Shown: piece after piece, positions 21,075 through 36,000 of the stretch | Layout of the letters: each line of letters starts with the position of its first letter | Position numbering within the stretch: position 1 is the stretch's first letter | Assembly: GCA_032718475.1 (NCBI GenBank) | Contig: JAUCBJ010009055.1 | Span: forward strand, 1-64,000 | DNA: 64,000 bases | Direction: 5' to 3' | From: Nemertoderma westbladi | Lineage: Eukaryota; Animalia; Xenacoelomorpha | Program-made: the position numbers and the translations under genes | The notes under the pieces: generated by a model | The model's input: only the letters and a program-made list of their open reading frames with translations | What the model was told of the DNA's origin: nothing | Database searches by the model: none

Positions 21075-24000
21075 TTATACTGCCGTATATGGGACCTCCT
21101 GCCAATGTGTACAGGTTCTATGAACCCAGAGTTATACTGCCGTATTTGGGGCCTCCTGCCACTGAACCCAGAGTTATACTGCCGTATTTGGGGCTTCCTG
21201 CCAATGTGTACAGGTTCCCTGAACTCAGAGTTATACTGCCGTATTTGGGGCCTCCTGGCAATGTGTACAGGTTCTATGAACCCAGAGTTATACTGTCGTA
21301 TTGGGGGCCTCCTGCCAATATGTACAGATTCCCTGAACCCAGAGTTATACTGCCGTATTTGAGACCTCCTGCCAATGTGTACAGGTTCCCTGAACTCAGA
21401 GTTATACTGCCGTATTTGGGACCTCCTGCCAATGTGTACAGGTTCCCTGAACCCAGAGTTATACTGCCGTATTTGGGGCCTCCTGCCAATGTGTACAGGT
21501 TCCCTGAACTCAGAGTTATACTGCCGTATTTGGGACCTCCTGCCAATGTGTACAGGTTCCCTGAACCCAGAGTTACACTGCCGTATTTGGGGCCTCCTGC
21601 CAATGTGTACAGGTTCCCTGAACTCAGAGTTATACTGCCGTATTTGGGACCCCCTGGCAATGTGTACAGGTTCCCTGAACTCAGAGTTATACTGCCGTAT
21701 TGGGACCTCCTGCCAATGTGTACAGGTTCCCTGAACCCAGAGTTACACTGCCGTATTTGGGGCTTCCTGCCAATGTGTACAGGTTCCCTGAACTCAGAGT
21801 TATACTGCCATATTTGGGACCTCCTGGCAATGTGTACAGGTTCCCTGAACTCAGAGTTATACTGCCGTATTGGGACCTCCTGCCAATGTGTACAGGTTCC
21901 CTGAACCCAGAGTTACACTGCCGTATTTGGGGCCTCCTGCCAATGTGTACAGGTTCCCTGAACTCAGAGTTGCACTGCCGTATTTGGGGCCTCCTGTCAA
22001 TGTGTACAGGTTCACTGAACCCAGAGTTACACTGCCGTATTTGGGGCCTCCTGCCAATGTGTACAGGTTCTATGAACCCAGAGTTATACTGCCGTATTTG
22101 GGACCTCCTACCAATGTGTACAGGTTCTATGAACCCAGAGTTATACTGCCGAATATGGGACCTCCTGCCAATGTTTACAGGTTCTCTGAACTCAGAGTTA
22201 AACTGCCGTATTTGGGACCTCCTGCCAATGTGTACAGGTTCCCTGAACCCAGAGTTATACTGCCGTATTTGGGACCTCCTACCAATGTGTACAGGTTCCC
22301 TGAACTCAGAGTTATACTGCCGTATTTGGGACCTCCTGCCAATGTGTACAGGTTCCCTGAACCCAGAGTTATACTGCCGTATTTGGGACCTCCTACCAAT
22401 GTGTACAGGTTCCCTGAACCCGAGTTATACTGCCGTATTTGGGGCCTCCTGCAAATGTGTACAGGTTCTATGAACCCAGAGTTATACTGCCGTATTTGGG
22501 ACCTCCTGCCAATGTGTACAGGTTCTATGAACCCAGAGTTATACTGCCGTATTTGGGACCTCCTGCCAATGTGTACAGGTTCCCTGAACCCAGAGTTATA
22601 CTGCCGTATTTGGGGCCTCCTGCCAATGTGTACAGGTTCTATGAACCCAGAGTTATACTGCCGTATTTGGGACCTCCTGCCAATGTGTACAGGTTCTATG
22701 AACCCAGAGTTATACTGCCGTATTTAGGGCCTCCTGCCAATGTGTACAGGTTCTATGAACCCAGAGTTATACTGCCGTATTTGGGACCTCCTGCCAATGT
22801 GTACAGGTTCCCTGAACCCAGAGTTATACTGCCGTATTTGGGACCTCCTACCAATGTGTACAGGTTCCCTGAACCCGAGTTATACTGCCGTATTTGGGGC
22901 CTCCTGCCAATGTGTACAGGTTCTATGAACCCAGAGTTATACTGCCGTATTTGGGACCTCCTGCCAATGTGTACAGGTTCTATGAACCCAGAGTTATACT
23001 GCCGTATTTGGGACCTCCTGCCAATGTGTACAGGTTCCCTGAACTCAGAGTTATACTGCCGTATTTGGGGCCTCCTGCCAATGTGTACAGGTTCTATGAA
23101 CCCAGAGTTACACTGCCGTATTTGGGGCCTCTTGCCAATGTGTACAGGTTCCCTGAACCCAGAGTTATACTACCGTATTTGGGGCCTCCTGCCAATGTGT
23201 ACAGGTTCTATGAACCCAGAGTTATACTGCTGTATTTGGGACCTCCTGCCAATGTGTACAGGTTCCCTGAACCCAGAGTTATACTGCCGTATTTGGGACC
23301 TCCTGCCAATGTGTACAGGTTCCCTGAACCCAGAGTTATACTGCCGTATTTGGGACCTCCTGCCAATGTGTACAGGTTCTATGAACCCAGAGTTATACTG
23401 CCGTATTTGGGGCCTCCTGCCAATGTGTACAGGTTCTATGAACCCAGAGTTATACTGCCGTATTTGGGACCTCCTGCCAATGTGTACAGGTTCTATGAAA
23501 CCAGAGTTATACTGCCGTATTTGGGACCTCCTGCCAATGTGTACAGGTTCCCTGAACCCAGAGTTATACTGCCGTATTTGGGACCTCCTGCCAATGTGTA
23601 CAGGTTCCCTGAACCCAGAGTTATACTGCCGTATTTGGGACCTCCTGCCAATGTGTACAGGTTCTATGAACCCAGAGTTATACTGCCGTATTTGGGACCT
23701 CCTACCAATGTGTACAGGTTCCCTGAACTCAGAGTTATACTGCCGTATTTGGGACCTCCTGCCAATGTGTACAGGTTCCCTGAACCCAGAGTTATACTGC
23801 CGTAATTGGGGCCTCCTGCCAATGTGTACAGGTTCTATGAACCCAGAGTTATACTGCCGTATTTGGGACCTCCTGCCAATGTGTACAGGTTCCCTGAACC
23901 CAGAGTTATACTGCCGTATTTGGGGCCTCCTGCCAATGTGTACAGGTTCTATGAACCCAGAGTTATACTGCCGTATTTGGGACCTCCTGCCAATGTGTAC

Positions 24001-27000
24001 AGGTTCTATGAACCCAGAGTTATACTGCCGTATTTGGGACCTCCTGCCAATGTGTACAGGTTCCCTGAACCCAGAGTTATACTGCCGTATTTGGGGCCTC
24101 CTGCCAATGTGTACAGGTTCTATGAACCCAGAGTTATACTGCCGTATTTGGGGCCTCCTGCCAATGTGTACAGGTTCTATGAACCCAGAGTTATACTGCC
24201 GTATTTGGGACCTCCTGCCAATGTGTACAGGTTCTATGAACCCAGAGTTATACTGCCGTATTTAGGGCCTCCTGCCAATGTGTACAGGTTCTATGAACCC
24301 AGAGTTATACTGCCGTATTTGGGACCTCCTGCCAATGTGTACAGGTTCCCTGAACCCAGAGTTATACTGCCGTATTTGGGACCTCCTACCAATGTGTACA
24401 GGTTCCCTGAACCCGAGTTATACTGCCGTATTTGGGGCCTCCTGCCAATGTGTACAGGTTCTATGAACCCAGAGTTATACTGCCGTATTTGGGGCCTCCT
24501 GCCAATGTGTACAGGTTCTATGAACCCAGAGTTATACTGCCGTATTTGGGACCTCCTGCCAATGTGTACAGGTTCTATGAAACCAGAGTTATACTGCCGT
24601 ATTTGGGACCTCCTGCCAATGTGTACAGGTTCCCTGAACCCAGAGTTATACTGCCGTATTTGGGACCTCCTGCCAATGTGTACAGGTTCCCTGAACCCAG
24701 AGTTATACTGCCGTATTTGGGACCTCCTGCCAATGTGTACAGGTTCTATGAACCCAGAGTTATACTGCCGTATTTGGGACCTCCTACCAATGTGTACAGG
24801 TTCCCTGAACTCAGAGTTATACTGCCGTATTTGGGACCTCCTGCCAATGTGTACAGGTTCCCTGAACCCAGAGTTATACTGCCGTAATTGGGGCCTCCTG
24901 CCAATGTGTACAGGTTCTATGAACCCAGAGTTATACTGCCGTATTTGGGACCTCCTGCCAATGTGTACAGGTTCCCTGAACCCAGAGTTATACTGCCGTA
25001 TTTGGGGCCTCCTGCCAATGTGTACAGGTTCTATGAACCCAGAGTTATACTGCCGTATTTGGGACCTCCTGCCAATGTGTACAGGTTCTATGAACCCAGA
25101 GTTATACTGCCGTATTTGGGACCTCCTGCCAATGTGTACAGGTTCCCTGAACCCAGAGTTATACTGCCGTATTTGGGGCCTCCTGCCAATGTGAACAGGT
25201 TCTATGAACCCAGAGTTATACTGCCGTATTTGGGGCCTCCTGCCAATGTGTACAGGTTCTATGAACCCAGAGTTATACTGCCGTATTTGGGACCTCCTGC
25301 CAATGTGTACAGGTTCTATGAACCCAGAGTTATACTGCCGTATTTAGGGCCTCCTGCCAATGTGTACAGGTTCTATGAACCCAGAGTTATACTGCCGTAT
25401 TTGGGACCTCCTGCCAATGTGTACAGGTTCCCTGAACCCAGAGTTATACTGCCGTATTTGGGACCTCCTACCAATGTGTACAGGTTCCCTGAACCCGAGT
25501 TATACTGCCGTATTTGGGGCCTCCTGCCAATGTGTACAGGTTCTATGAACCCAGAGTTATACTGCCGTATTTGGGACCTCCTGCCAATGTGTACAGGTTC
25601 TATGAACCCAGAGTTATACTGCCGTATTTGGGACCTCCTGCCAATGTGTACAGGTTCCCTGAACTCAGAGTTATACTGCCGTATTTGGGGCCTCCTGCCA
25701 ATGTGTACAGGTTCTATGAACCCAGAGTTACACTGCCGTATTTGGGGCCTCTTGCCAATGTGTACAGGTTCCCTGAACCCAGAGTTATACTACCGTATTT
25801 GGGGCCTCCTGCCAATGTGTACAGGTTCTATGAACCCAGAGTTATACTGCCGTATTTGGGACCTCCTGCCAATGTGTACAGGTTCCCTGAACCCAGAGTT
25901 ATACTGCCGTATTTGGGACCTCCTGCCAATGTGTACAGGTTCCCTGAACCCAGAGTTATACTGCCGTATTTGGGACCTCCTGCCAATGTGTACAGGTTCT
26001 ATGAACCCAGAGTTATACTGCCGTATTTGGGGCCTCCTGCCAATGTGTACAGGTTCTATGAACCCAGAGTTATACTGCCGTATTTGGGACCTCCTGCCAA
26101 TGTGTACAGGTTCTATGAAACCAGAGTTATACTGCCGTATTTGGGACCTCCTGCCAATGTGTACAGGTTCCCTGAACCCAGAGTTATACTGCCGTATTTG
26201 GGACCTCCTGCCAATGTGTACAGGTTCCCTGAACCCAGAGTTATACTGCCGTATTTGGGACCTCCTGCCAATGTGTACAGGTTCTATGAACCCAGAGTTA
26301 TACTGCCGTATTTGGGACCTCCTACCAATGTGTACAGGTTCCCTGAACTCAGAGTTATACTGCCGTATTTGGGACCTCCTGCCAATGTGTACAGGTTCCC
26401 TGAACCCAGAGTTATACTGCCGTAATTGGGGCCTCCTGCCAATGTGTACAGGTTCTATGAACCCAGAGTTATACTGCCGTATTTGGGACCTCCTGCCAAT
26501 GTGTACAGGTTCCCTGAACCCAGAGTTATACTGCCGTATTTGGGGCCTCCTGCCAATGTGTACAGGTTCTATGAACCCAGAGTTATACTGCCGTATTTGG
26601 GACCTCCTGCCAATGTGTACAGGTTCTATGAACCCAGAGTTATACTGCCGTATTTGGGACCTCCTGCCAATGTGTACAGGTTCCCTGAACCCAGAGTTAT
26701 ACTGCCGTATTTGGGGCCTCCTGCCAATGTGTACAGGTTCTATGAACCCAGAGTTATACTGCCGTATTTGGGACCTCCTGCCAATGTGTACAGGTTCCCT
26801 GAACCCAGAGTTATACTGCCGTATTTGGGACCTCATGCCACTGAACCCAGAGTTATACTGCCGTATTTGGGGCTTCCTGCCAATGTATACAGGTTCCCTG
26901 AACCCAGAGTTATACTGCCGTATTTGGGACCTCCTGCCAATGTGTACAGGTTCTATGAACCCAGAGTTATACTGCCGTATTTGGGACCTCCTACCAATGT

Positions 27001-30000
27001 GTACAGGTTCCCTGAACTCAGAGTTATACTGCCGTATTTGGGACCTCCTGCCAATGTGTACAGGTTCCCTGAACCCAGAGTTATACTGCCGTATTTGGGA
27101 CCTCCTGCCTATGTGTACAGGTTCCCTGAACCCAGAGTTATACTGCCGTATTTGGGACCTCCTGCCAATGTGTACAGGTTCTATGAACCCAGAGTTATAC
27201 TGCCGTATTTGGGACCTCCTACCAATGTGTACAGGTTCCCTGAACTCAGAGTTATACTGCCGTATTTGGGACCTCCTGCCAATGTGTACAGGTTCCCTGA
27301 ACCCAGAGTTATACTGCCGTATTTGGGGCCTCCTGCCAATGTGTACAGGTTCTATGAACCCAGAGTTATACTGCCGTATTTGGGACCTCCTGCCAATGTG
27401 TACAGGTTCCCTGAACCCAGAGTTATACTGCCGTATTTGGGGCCTCCTGCCAATGTGTACAGGTTCCCTGAACCCAGAGTTATACTGTCGTATTTGGGGC
27501 CTCCTGCCAATGTGCACAGGTTCCCTGAACCCAGAGTTATACTGCCGTATTTGGGGCCTCCTGCCAATGTGTACAGGTTCCCTGAACCCAGAGTTATACT
27601 GCCGTATTTGGGGCCTCCTGCCAATGTGTACAGGTTCCCTGAACCCAGAGTTATACTGCCGTATTTGGGGCCTCCTGCCAATGTGTACAGGTTCTATGAA
27701 CCCAGAGTTATACTGCCGTATTTGGGACCTCCTGCCAATGTGTACAGGTTCCCTGAACCCAGAGTTATACTGCCGTATTTGGGGCCTCCTGCCAATGTGT
27801 ACAGGTTCCCTGAACCCAGAGTTATACTGCCGTATTTGGGGCCTCCTGCCAATGTGTACAGGTTCTATGAACCCAGAGTTATACTGCCGTATTTGGGACC
27901 TCCTGCCAATGTGTACAGGTTCCCTGAACCCAGAGTTATACTGCCGTATTTGGGGCCTCCTGCCAATGTGTACAGGTTCTATGAACCCAGAGTTATACTG
28001 CCGTATTTGGGGCCTCCTGCCAATGTGTACAGGTTCTCTGAACCCAGAGTTATACTGCCGTATTTGGGGCCTCCTGCCAATTTGTACAGGTTCCCTGAAC
28101 TCAGAGTTATACTGCCGTATTTGGGGCCTCCTGCCAATGTGTACAGGTTCCCTGAACACAGAGTTATACTGCCGTATTTGGGGCCTCCTGCCAATGTGTA
28201 CAGGTTCCCTGAACCCAGAGTTATACTGCCGTATTTGGGGCCTCCTGCCAATGTGTACAGGTTCCCTGAACCCAGAGTTATACTGCCGTATTTGGGGCCT
28301 CCTGCCAATGTGTACAGGTTCTATGAACCCAGAGTTATACTGCCGTATTTGGGACCTCCTGCCAATGTGTACAGGTTCCCTGAACCCAGAGTTATACTGC
28401 CGTATTTGGGGCCTCCTGCCAATGTGTACAGGTTCTATGAACCCAGAGTTATACTGCCGTATTTGGGACCTCCTGCCAATGTGTACAGGTTCCCTGAACC
28501 CAGAGTTATACTGCCGTATTTGGGGCCTCCTGCCAATGTGTACAGGTTCTATGAACCCAGAGTTATACTGCCGTATTTGGGACCTCCTGCCAATGTGTAC
28601 AGGTTCTATGAACCCAGAGTTATACTGCCGTATTTGGGACCTCCTACCAATGTGTACAGGTTCCCTGAACCCAGAGTTATACTGTCGTATTTGGGGCCTC
28701 CTGCCAATGTGTACAGGTTCTATGAACCCAGAGTTATACTGCCGTATTTGGGACCTCCTACCAATGTGTACAGGTTCCCTGAACCCAGAGTTATACTGTC
28801 GTATTTGGGGCCTCCTGCCAATGTGTACAGGTTCCCTGAACCCAGAGTTATACTGCCGTATTTTTGGCCTCCTGCCAATGTGTACATGTTCCCTGAACCC
28901 AGAGTTATACTGCCGTATTTGGGGCCTCCTGCCAATGTGTACAGGTTCTATGAACCCAGAGTTATACTGCCGTAATTGGGACATCCTGCCAATATGTACA
29001 GGTTCCCTGAACCCAGAGTTATACTGCCGTATTTGGGGCCTCCTGCCAATGTGTACAGGTTCCCTGAACCCAGAGTTATACTGCCGTATTTGGGGCCTCC
29101 TGCCAATGTGTACAGGTTCTATGAACCCAGAGTTATACTGCCGTATTTGGGACCTCCTGCCAATGTGTACAGGTTCCCTGAACCCAGAGTTATACTGCCG
29201 TATTTGGGGCCTCCTGCCAATGTGTACAGGTTCTATGAACCCAGAGTTATACTGCCGTATTTGGGGCCTCCTGCCAATGTGTACAGGTTCTCTGAACCCA
29301 GAGTTATACTGCCGTATTTGGGGCCTCCTGCCAATGTGTACAGGTTCCCTGAACTCAGAGTTATACTGCCGTATTTGGGGCCTCCTGCCAATGTGTACAG
29401 GTTCCCTGAACCCAGAGTTATACTGCCGTATTTGGGGCCTCCTGCCAATGTGTACAGGTTCCCTGAACCCAGAGTTATACTGCCGTATTTGGGGCCTCCT
29501 GCCAATGTGTACAGGTTCCCTGAACCCAGAGTTATACTGCCGTATTTGGGGCCTCCTGCCAATGTGTACAGGTTCTATGAACCCAGAGTTATACTGCCGT
29601 ATTTGGGACCTCCTGCCAATGTGTACAGGTTCCCTGAACCCAGAGTTATACTGCCGTATTTGGGGCCTCCTGCCAATGTGTACAGGTTCTATGAACCCAG
29701 AGTTATACTGCCGTATTTGGGGCCTCCTGCCAATGTGTACAGGTTCTCTGAACCCAGAGTTAATACTGCCGTATTTTTTTTTGGCCTCCTGCCACTGAAC
29801 CCAGAGTTACACTGCCGTATTTGGGGCCTCCTGCCAATGTGCACAGGTTCTATGAACCCAGAGTTACACTGCCGTATTTGGGACCTCCTGCCAATGTGTA
29901 CAGGTTCCCTGAACTCAGAGTTATACTGCCGTATTTGGGGCCTCTTGCCAATGTGTACAGGTTCTATGAACCCAGAGTTATACTGCCGTATTTGGGGCCT

Positions 30001-33000
30001 CCTGCCAATGTGTACAGGTTCCATGAACCCAGAGTTAATACTGCCGTATTTGGGGCCTCCTGCCAATGTGTACAGGTTCTATGAACCCAGAGTTATACTG
30101 CCGTATTTGGGACCTCCTGCCAATGTGTACAGGTTCCCTGAACCCAGAGTTATACTGCCGTATTTGGGGCCTCCTGCCAATGTGTACAGGTTCCCTGAAC
30201 TCAGAGTTATACTGCCGTATTTGGGGCCTCCTGCCAATGTGTACAGGTTCTATGAACCCAGAGTTATACTGCCGTATTTGGGGCCTCCTGCCAATGTGTA
30301 CAGGTTCTCTGAACCCAGAGTTATACTGCCGTATTTGGGGCCTCCCCCAATGTGTACAGGTTCCCTGAACTCAGAGTTATACTGCCGTATTTGGGGCCTC
30401 CTGCCAATGTGTACAGGTTCCCTGAACCCAGAGTTATACTGCCGTATTTGGGGCCTCCTGCCAATGTGTACAGGTTCTATGAACCCAGAGTTATACTGCC
30501 GTATTTGGGACCTCCTGCCAATGTGTACAGGTTCCCTGAACCCAGAGTTATACTGCCGTATTTGGGGCCTCCTGCCAATGTGTACAGGTTCTATGAACCC
30601 AGAGTTATACTGCCGTATTTGGGGCCTCCTGCCAATGTGTACAGGTTCTCTGAACCCAGAGTTATACTGCCGTATTTGGGGCCTCCTGCCAATGTGTACA
30701 GGTTCCCTGAACTCAGAGTTATACTGCCGTATTTGGGGCCTCCTGCCAATGTGTACAGGTTCCCTGAACCCAGAGTTATACTGCCGTATTTGGGGCCTCC
30801 TGCCAATATGTACAGGTTCCCTGAACCCAGAGTTATACTGCCGTATTTGGGGCCTCCTGCCAATGTGTACAGGTTCCCTGAACCCAGAGTTATACTGCCG
30901 TATTTGGGGCCTCCTGCCAATGTGTACAGGTTCTATGAACCCAGAGTTATACTGCCGTATTTGGGACCTCCTGCCAATGTGTACAGGTTCCCTGAACCCA
31001 GAGTTATACTGCCGTATTTGGGGCCTCCTGCCAATGTGTACAGGTTCTATGAACCCAGAGTTATACTGCCGTATTTGGGGCCTCCTGCCAATGTGTACAG
31101 GTTCTCTGAACCCAGAGTTAATACTGCCGTATTTGGGGCCTCCTGCCACTGAACCCAGAGTTACACTGCCGTATTTGGGGCCTCCTGCCAATGTGCACAG
31201 GTTCTATGAACCCAGAGTTACACTGCCGTATTTGGGACCTCCTGCCAATGTGTACAGGTTCCCTGAACTCAGAGTTATACTGCCGTATTTGGGGCCTCTT
31301 GCCAATGTGTACAGGTTCTATGAACCCAGAGTTATACTGCCGTATTTGGGGCCTCCTGCCAATGTGTACAGGTTCCATGAACCCAGAGTTAATACTGCCG
31401 TATTTGGGGCCTCCTGCCAATGTGTACAGGTTCTATGAACCCAGAGTTATACTGCCGTATTTGGGACCTCCTGCCAATGTGTACAGGTTCCCTGAACCCA
31501 GAGTTATACTGCCGTATTTGGGGCCTCCTGCCAATGTGTACAGGTTCCCTGAACTCAGAGTTATACTGCCGTATTTGGGGCCTCCTGCCAATGTGTACAG
31601 GTTCTATGAACCCAGAGTTATACTGCCGTATTTGGGGCCTCCTGCCAATGTGTACAGGTTCTATGAACCCAGAGTTATACTGCCGTATTTGGGGCCTCCT
31701 GCCAATGTGTACAGGTTCCCTGAACCCAGAGTTATACTGCCGTATTTGGGGCCTCCTGCCAATGTGTACAGGTTCCCTGAACTCAGAGTTATACTGCCGT
31801 ATTTGGGGCCTCCTGCCAATGTGTACAGGTTCCCTGAACCCAGAGTTATACTGCCGTATTTGGGGCCTCCTGCCAATGTGTACAGGTTCTCTGAACCCAG
31901 AGTTATACTTCCGTATTTGGGGCCTCCTGCCAATGTGTACAGGTTCCCTGAACCCAGAGTTATACTGCCGTATTTGGGGCCTCCTGCCAATGTGTACAGG
32001 TTTCCTCAACTCAGAGTTATACTGCCGTATTTGGGGCCTCCTGCCAATGTGTACAGGTTCCCTGAACCCAGAGTTATACTGCCGTATTTGGGGCCTCCTG
32101 CCAATGTGTACAGGTTCCCTGAACCCAGAGTTATACTGCCGTATTTGGGGCCTCCTGCCAATGTGTACAGGTTCCCTGAACTCAGAGTTATACTGCCGTA
32201 TTTGGGGCCTCCTGCCAATGTGTACAGGTTCCCTGAACCCAGAGTTATACTGCCGTATTTGGGGCCTCCTGCCAATGTGTACAGGTTCTCTGAACCCAGA
32301 GTTATACTTCCGTATTTGGGGCCTCCTGCCAATGTGTACAGGTTCCCTGAACCCAGAGTTATACTGCCGTATTTGGGGCCTCCTGCCAATGTGTACAGGT
32401 TTCCTCAACTCAGAGTTATACTGCCGTATTTGGGGCCTCCTGCCAATGTGTACAGGTTCCCTGAACCCAGAGTTATACTGCCGTATTTGGGGCCTCCTGC
32501 CAATGTGTACAGGTTCTATGAACCCAGAGTTATACTGCCGTATTTGGGGCCTCCTGCCAATGTGTACAGGTTCTCTGAACCCAGAGTTATACTGCCGTAT
32601 TTGGGGCCTCCTGCCACTGAACCCAGAGTTACACTGCCGTATTTGGGGCCTCCTGCCAATGTGTACAGGTTCCCTGAACCCAGAGTTATACTGCCGTATT
32701 TGGGGCCTCCTGCCAATGTTTACAGGTTCTCTGAACCCAGAGTAATACCTCCGTATTTGGGCCTCCTGCCACTGAACCCAGAGTTACACTGCCGTATTTG
32801 GGGCCTCCCGCCAATGTGTACAGGTTCTCTGAACCCAGAGTTAATACTGCCGTATTTGGGGCCTCCTGCCACTGAACCCAGAGTTACACTGCCGTATTTG
32901 GGGCCTCCTGCCAATGTGTACAGGTTCTATGAACCCAGAGTTAATACTGCCGTATTTGGGGCCTCCTGCCACTGAACCCAGAGTTACACTGCCGTATTTG

Positions 33001-36000
33001 GGGCCTCCTGCCAATGTGCACAGGTTCTATGAACCCAGAGTTATACTGCCGTATTTGGGACCTCCTGCCAATGTGTACAGGTTCTATGAACCCAGAGTTA
33101 TACTGCCGTATTTGGGACCTCCTACCAATGTGTACAGGTTCCCTGAACCCAGAGTTATACTGTCGTATTTGGGGCCTCCTGCCAATGTGTACAGGTTCTA
33201 TGAACCCAGAGTTATACTGCCGTATTTGGGACCTCCTACCAATGTGTACAGGTTCCCTGAACCCAGAGTTATACTGTCGTATTTGGGGCCTCCTGCCAAT
33301 GTGTACAGGTCCCCTGAACTCAGAGTTATACTGCCGTATTTGGGGCCTCCTGCCAATGTGTACAGGTTCCCTGAACCCAGAGTTATACTGCCGTATTTGG
33401 GGCCTCCTGCCAATGTGTACAGGTTCCCTGAACCCAGAGTTATACTGCCGTATTTGGGGCCTCCTGCCAATGTGTACAGGTTCCCTGAACCCAGAGTTAT
33501 ACTGCCGTATTTGGGGCCTCCTGCCAATGTGTACAGGTTCTATGGACCCAGAGTTATACTGCCGTATTTGGGACCTCCTGCCAATGTGTACAGGTTCCCT
33601 GAACCCAGAGTTATACTGCCGTATTTGGGGCCTCCTGCCAATGTGTACAGGTTCTATGAACCCAGAGTTATACTGCCGTATTTGGGGCCTCCTGCCAATG
33701 TGTACAGGTTCTCTGAACCCAGAGTTAATACTGCCGTATTTGGGGCCTCCTGCCACTGAACCCAGAGTTACACTGCCGTATTTGGGGCCTCCTGTCAATG
33801 TGCACAGGTTCTATGAACCCAGAGTTACACTGCCGTATTTGGGACCTCCTGCCAATGTGTACAGGTTCCCTGAACTCAGAGTTATACTGCCGTATTTGGG
33901 GCCTCTTGCCAATGTGTACAGGTTCTATGAACCCAGAGTTATACTGCCGTATTTGGGGCCTCCTGCCAATGTGTACAGGTTCCATGAACCCAGAGTTAAT
34001 ACTGCCGTATTTGGGGCCTCCTGCCAATGTGTACAGGTTCTATGAACCCAGAGTTATACTGCCGTATTTGGGACCTCCTGCCAATGTGTACAGGTTCCCT
34101 GAACCCAGAGTTATACTGCCGTATTTGGGGCCTCCTGCCAATGTGTACAGGTTCCCTGAACTCAGAGTTATACTGCCGTATTTGGGTCCTCCTGCCAATG
34201 TGTACAGGTTCTATGAACCCAGAGTTATACTGCCGTATTTGGGGCCTCCTGCCAATGTGTACAGGTTCTCTGAACCCAGAGTTATACTGCCGTATTTGGG
34301 GCCTCCTGCCAATGTGTACAGGTTCCCTGAACCCAGAGTTATACTGCCGTATTTGGGGCCTCCTGCCAATGTGTACAGGTTCCCTGAACTCAGAGTTATA
34401 CTGCCGTATTTGGGGCCTCCTGCCAATGTGTACAGGTTCCCTGAACCCAGAGTTATACTGCCGTATTTGGGGCCTCCTGCCAATGTGTACAGGTTCCCTG
34501 AACCCAGAGTTATACTGCCGTATTTGGGGCCTCCTGCCAATGTGTACAGGTTCCCTGAACCCAGAGTTATACTGCCGTATTTGGGGCCTCCTGCCAATGT
34601 GTACAGGTTCCCTCAACTCAGAGTTATACTGCCGTATTTGGGGCCTCCTGCCAATGTGTACAGGTTCCCTGAACCCAGAGTTATACTGCCGTATTTGGGG
34701 CCTCCTGCCAATGTGTACAGGTTCTATGAACCCAGAGTTATACTGCCGTATTTGGGGCCTCCTGCCAATGTGTACAGGTTCTCTGAACCCAGAGTTATAC
34801 TGCCGTATTTGGGGCCTCCTGCCACTGAACCCAGAGTTACACTGCCGTATTTGGGGCCTCCTGCCAATGTGTACAGGTTCCCTGAACCCAGAGTTATACT
34901 GCCGTATTTGGGGCATCCTGCCAATGTTTACAGGTTCTCTGAACCCAGAGTAATACCTCCGTATTTGGGCCTCCTGCCACTGAACCCAGAGTTACACTGC
35001 CGTATTTGGGGCCTCCCGCCAATGTGTACAGGTTCTCTGAACCCAGAGTTAATACTGCCGTATTTGGGGCCTCCTGCCACTGAACCCAGAGTTACACTGC
35101 CGTATTTGGGGCCTCCTGCCAATGTGTACAGGTTCTATGAACCCAGAGTTAATACTGCCGTATTTGGGGCCTCCTGCCACTGAACCCAGAGTTACACTGC
35201 CGTATTTGGGGCCTCCTGCCAATGTGCACAGGTTCTATGAACCCAGAGTTATACTGCCGTATTTGGGACCTCCTGCCAATGTTATACTGCCGTATTTGGG
35301 ACCTCCTACCAATGTGTACAGGTTCCCTGAACCCAGAGTTATACTGTCGTATTTGGGGCCTCCTGCCAATGTGTACAGGTTCTCTGAACCCAGAGTTATA
35401 CTGCCGTATTTGGGGCCTCCTGCCAATGTGTACATGTTCCCTGAACCCAGAGTTATACTGCCGTATTTGGGGCCTCCTGCCAATGTGTACAGGTTCTATG
35501 AACCCAGAGTTATACTGCCGTAATTGGGACATCCTGCCAATGTGTACAGGTTCCCTGAACCCAGAGTTATACTGCCGTATTTGGGGCCTCCTGCCAATGT
35601 GTACAGGTTCCCTGAACCCAGAGTTATACTGCCGTATTTGGGGCCTCCTGCCAATGTGTACAGGTTCTATGAACCCAGAGTTATACTGCCGTATTTGGGA
35701 CCTCCTGCCAATGTGTACAGGTTCCCTGAACCCAGAGTTATACTGCCGTATTTGGGGCCTCCTGCCAATGTGTACAGGTTCTATGAACCCAGAGTTATAC
35801 TGCCGTATTTGGGGCCTCCTGCCAATGTGTACAGGTTCTCTGAACCCAGAGTTATACTGCCGTATTTGGGGCCTCCTGCCAATGTGTACAGGTTCCCTGA
35901 ACTCAGAGTTATACTGCCGTATTTGGGGCCTCCTGCCAATGTGTACAGGTTCCCTGAACCCAGAGTTATACTGCCGTATTTGGGGCCTCCTGCCAATGTG

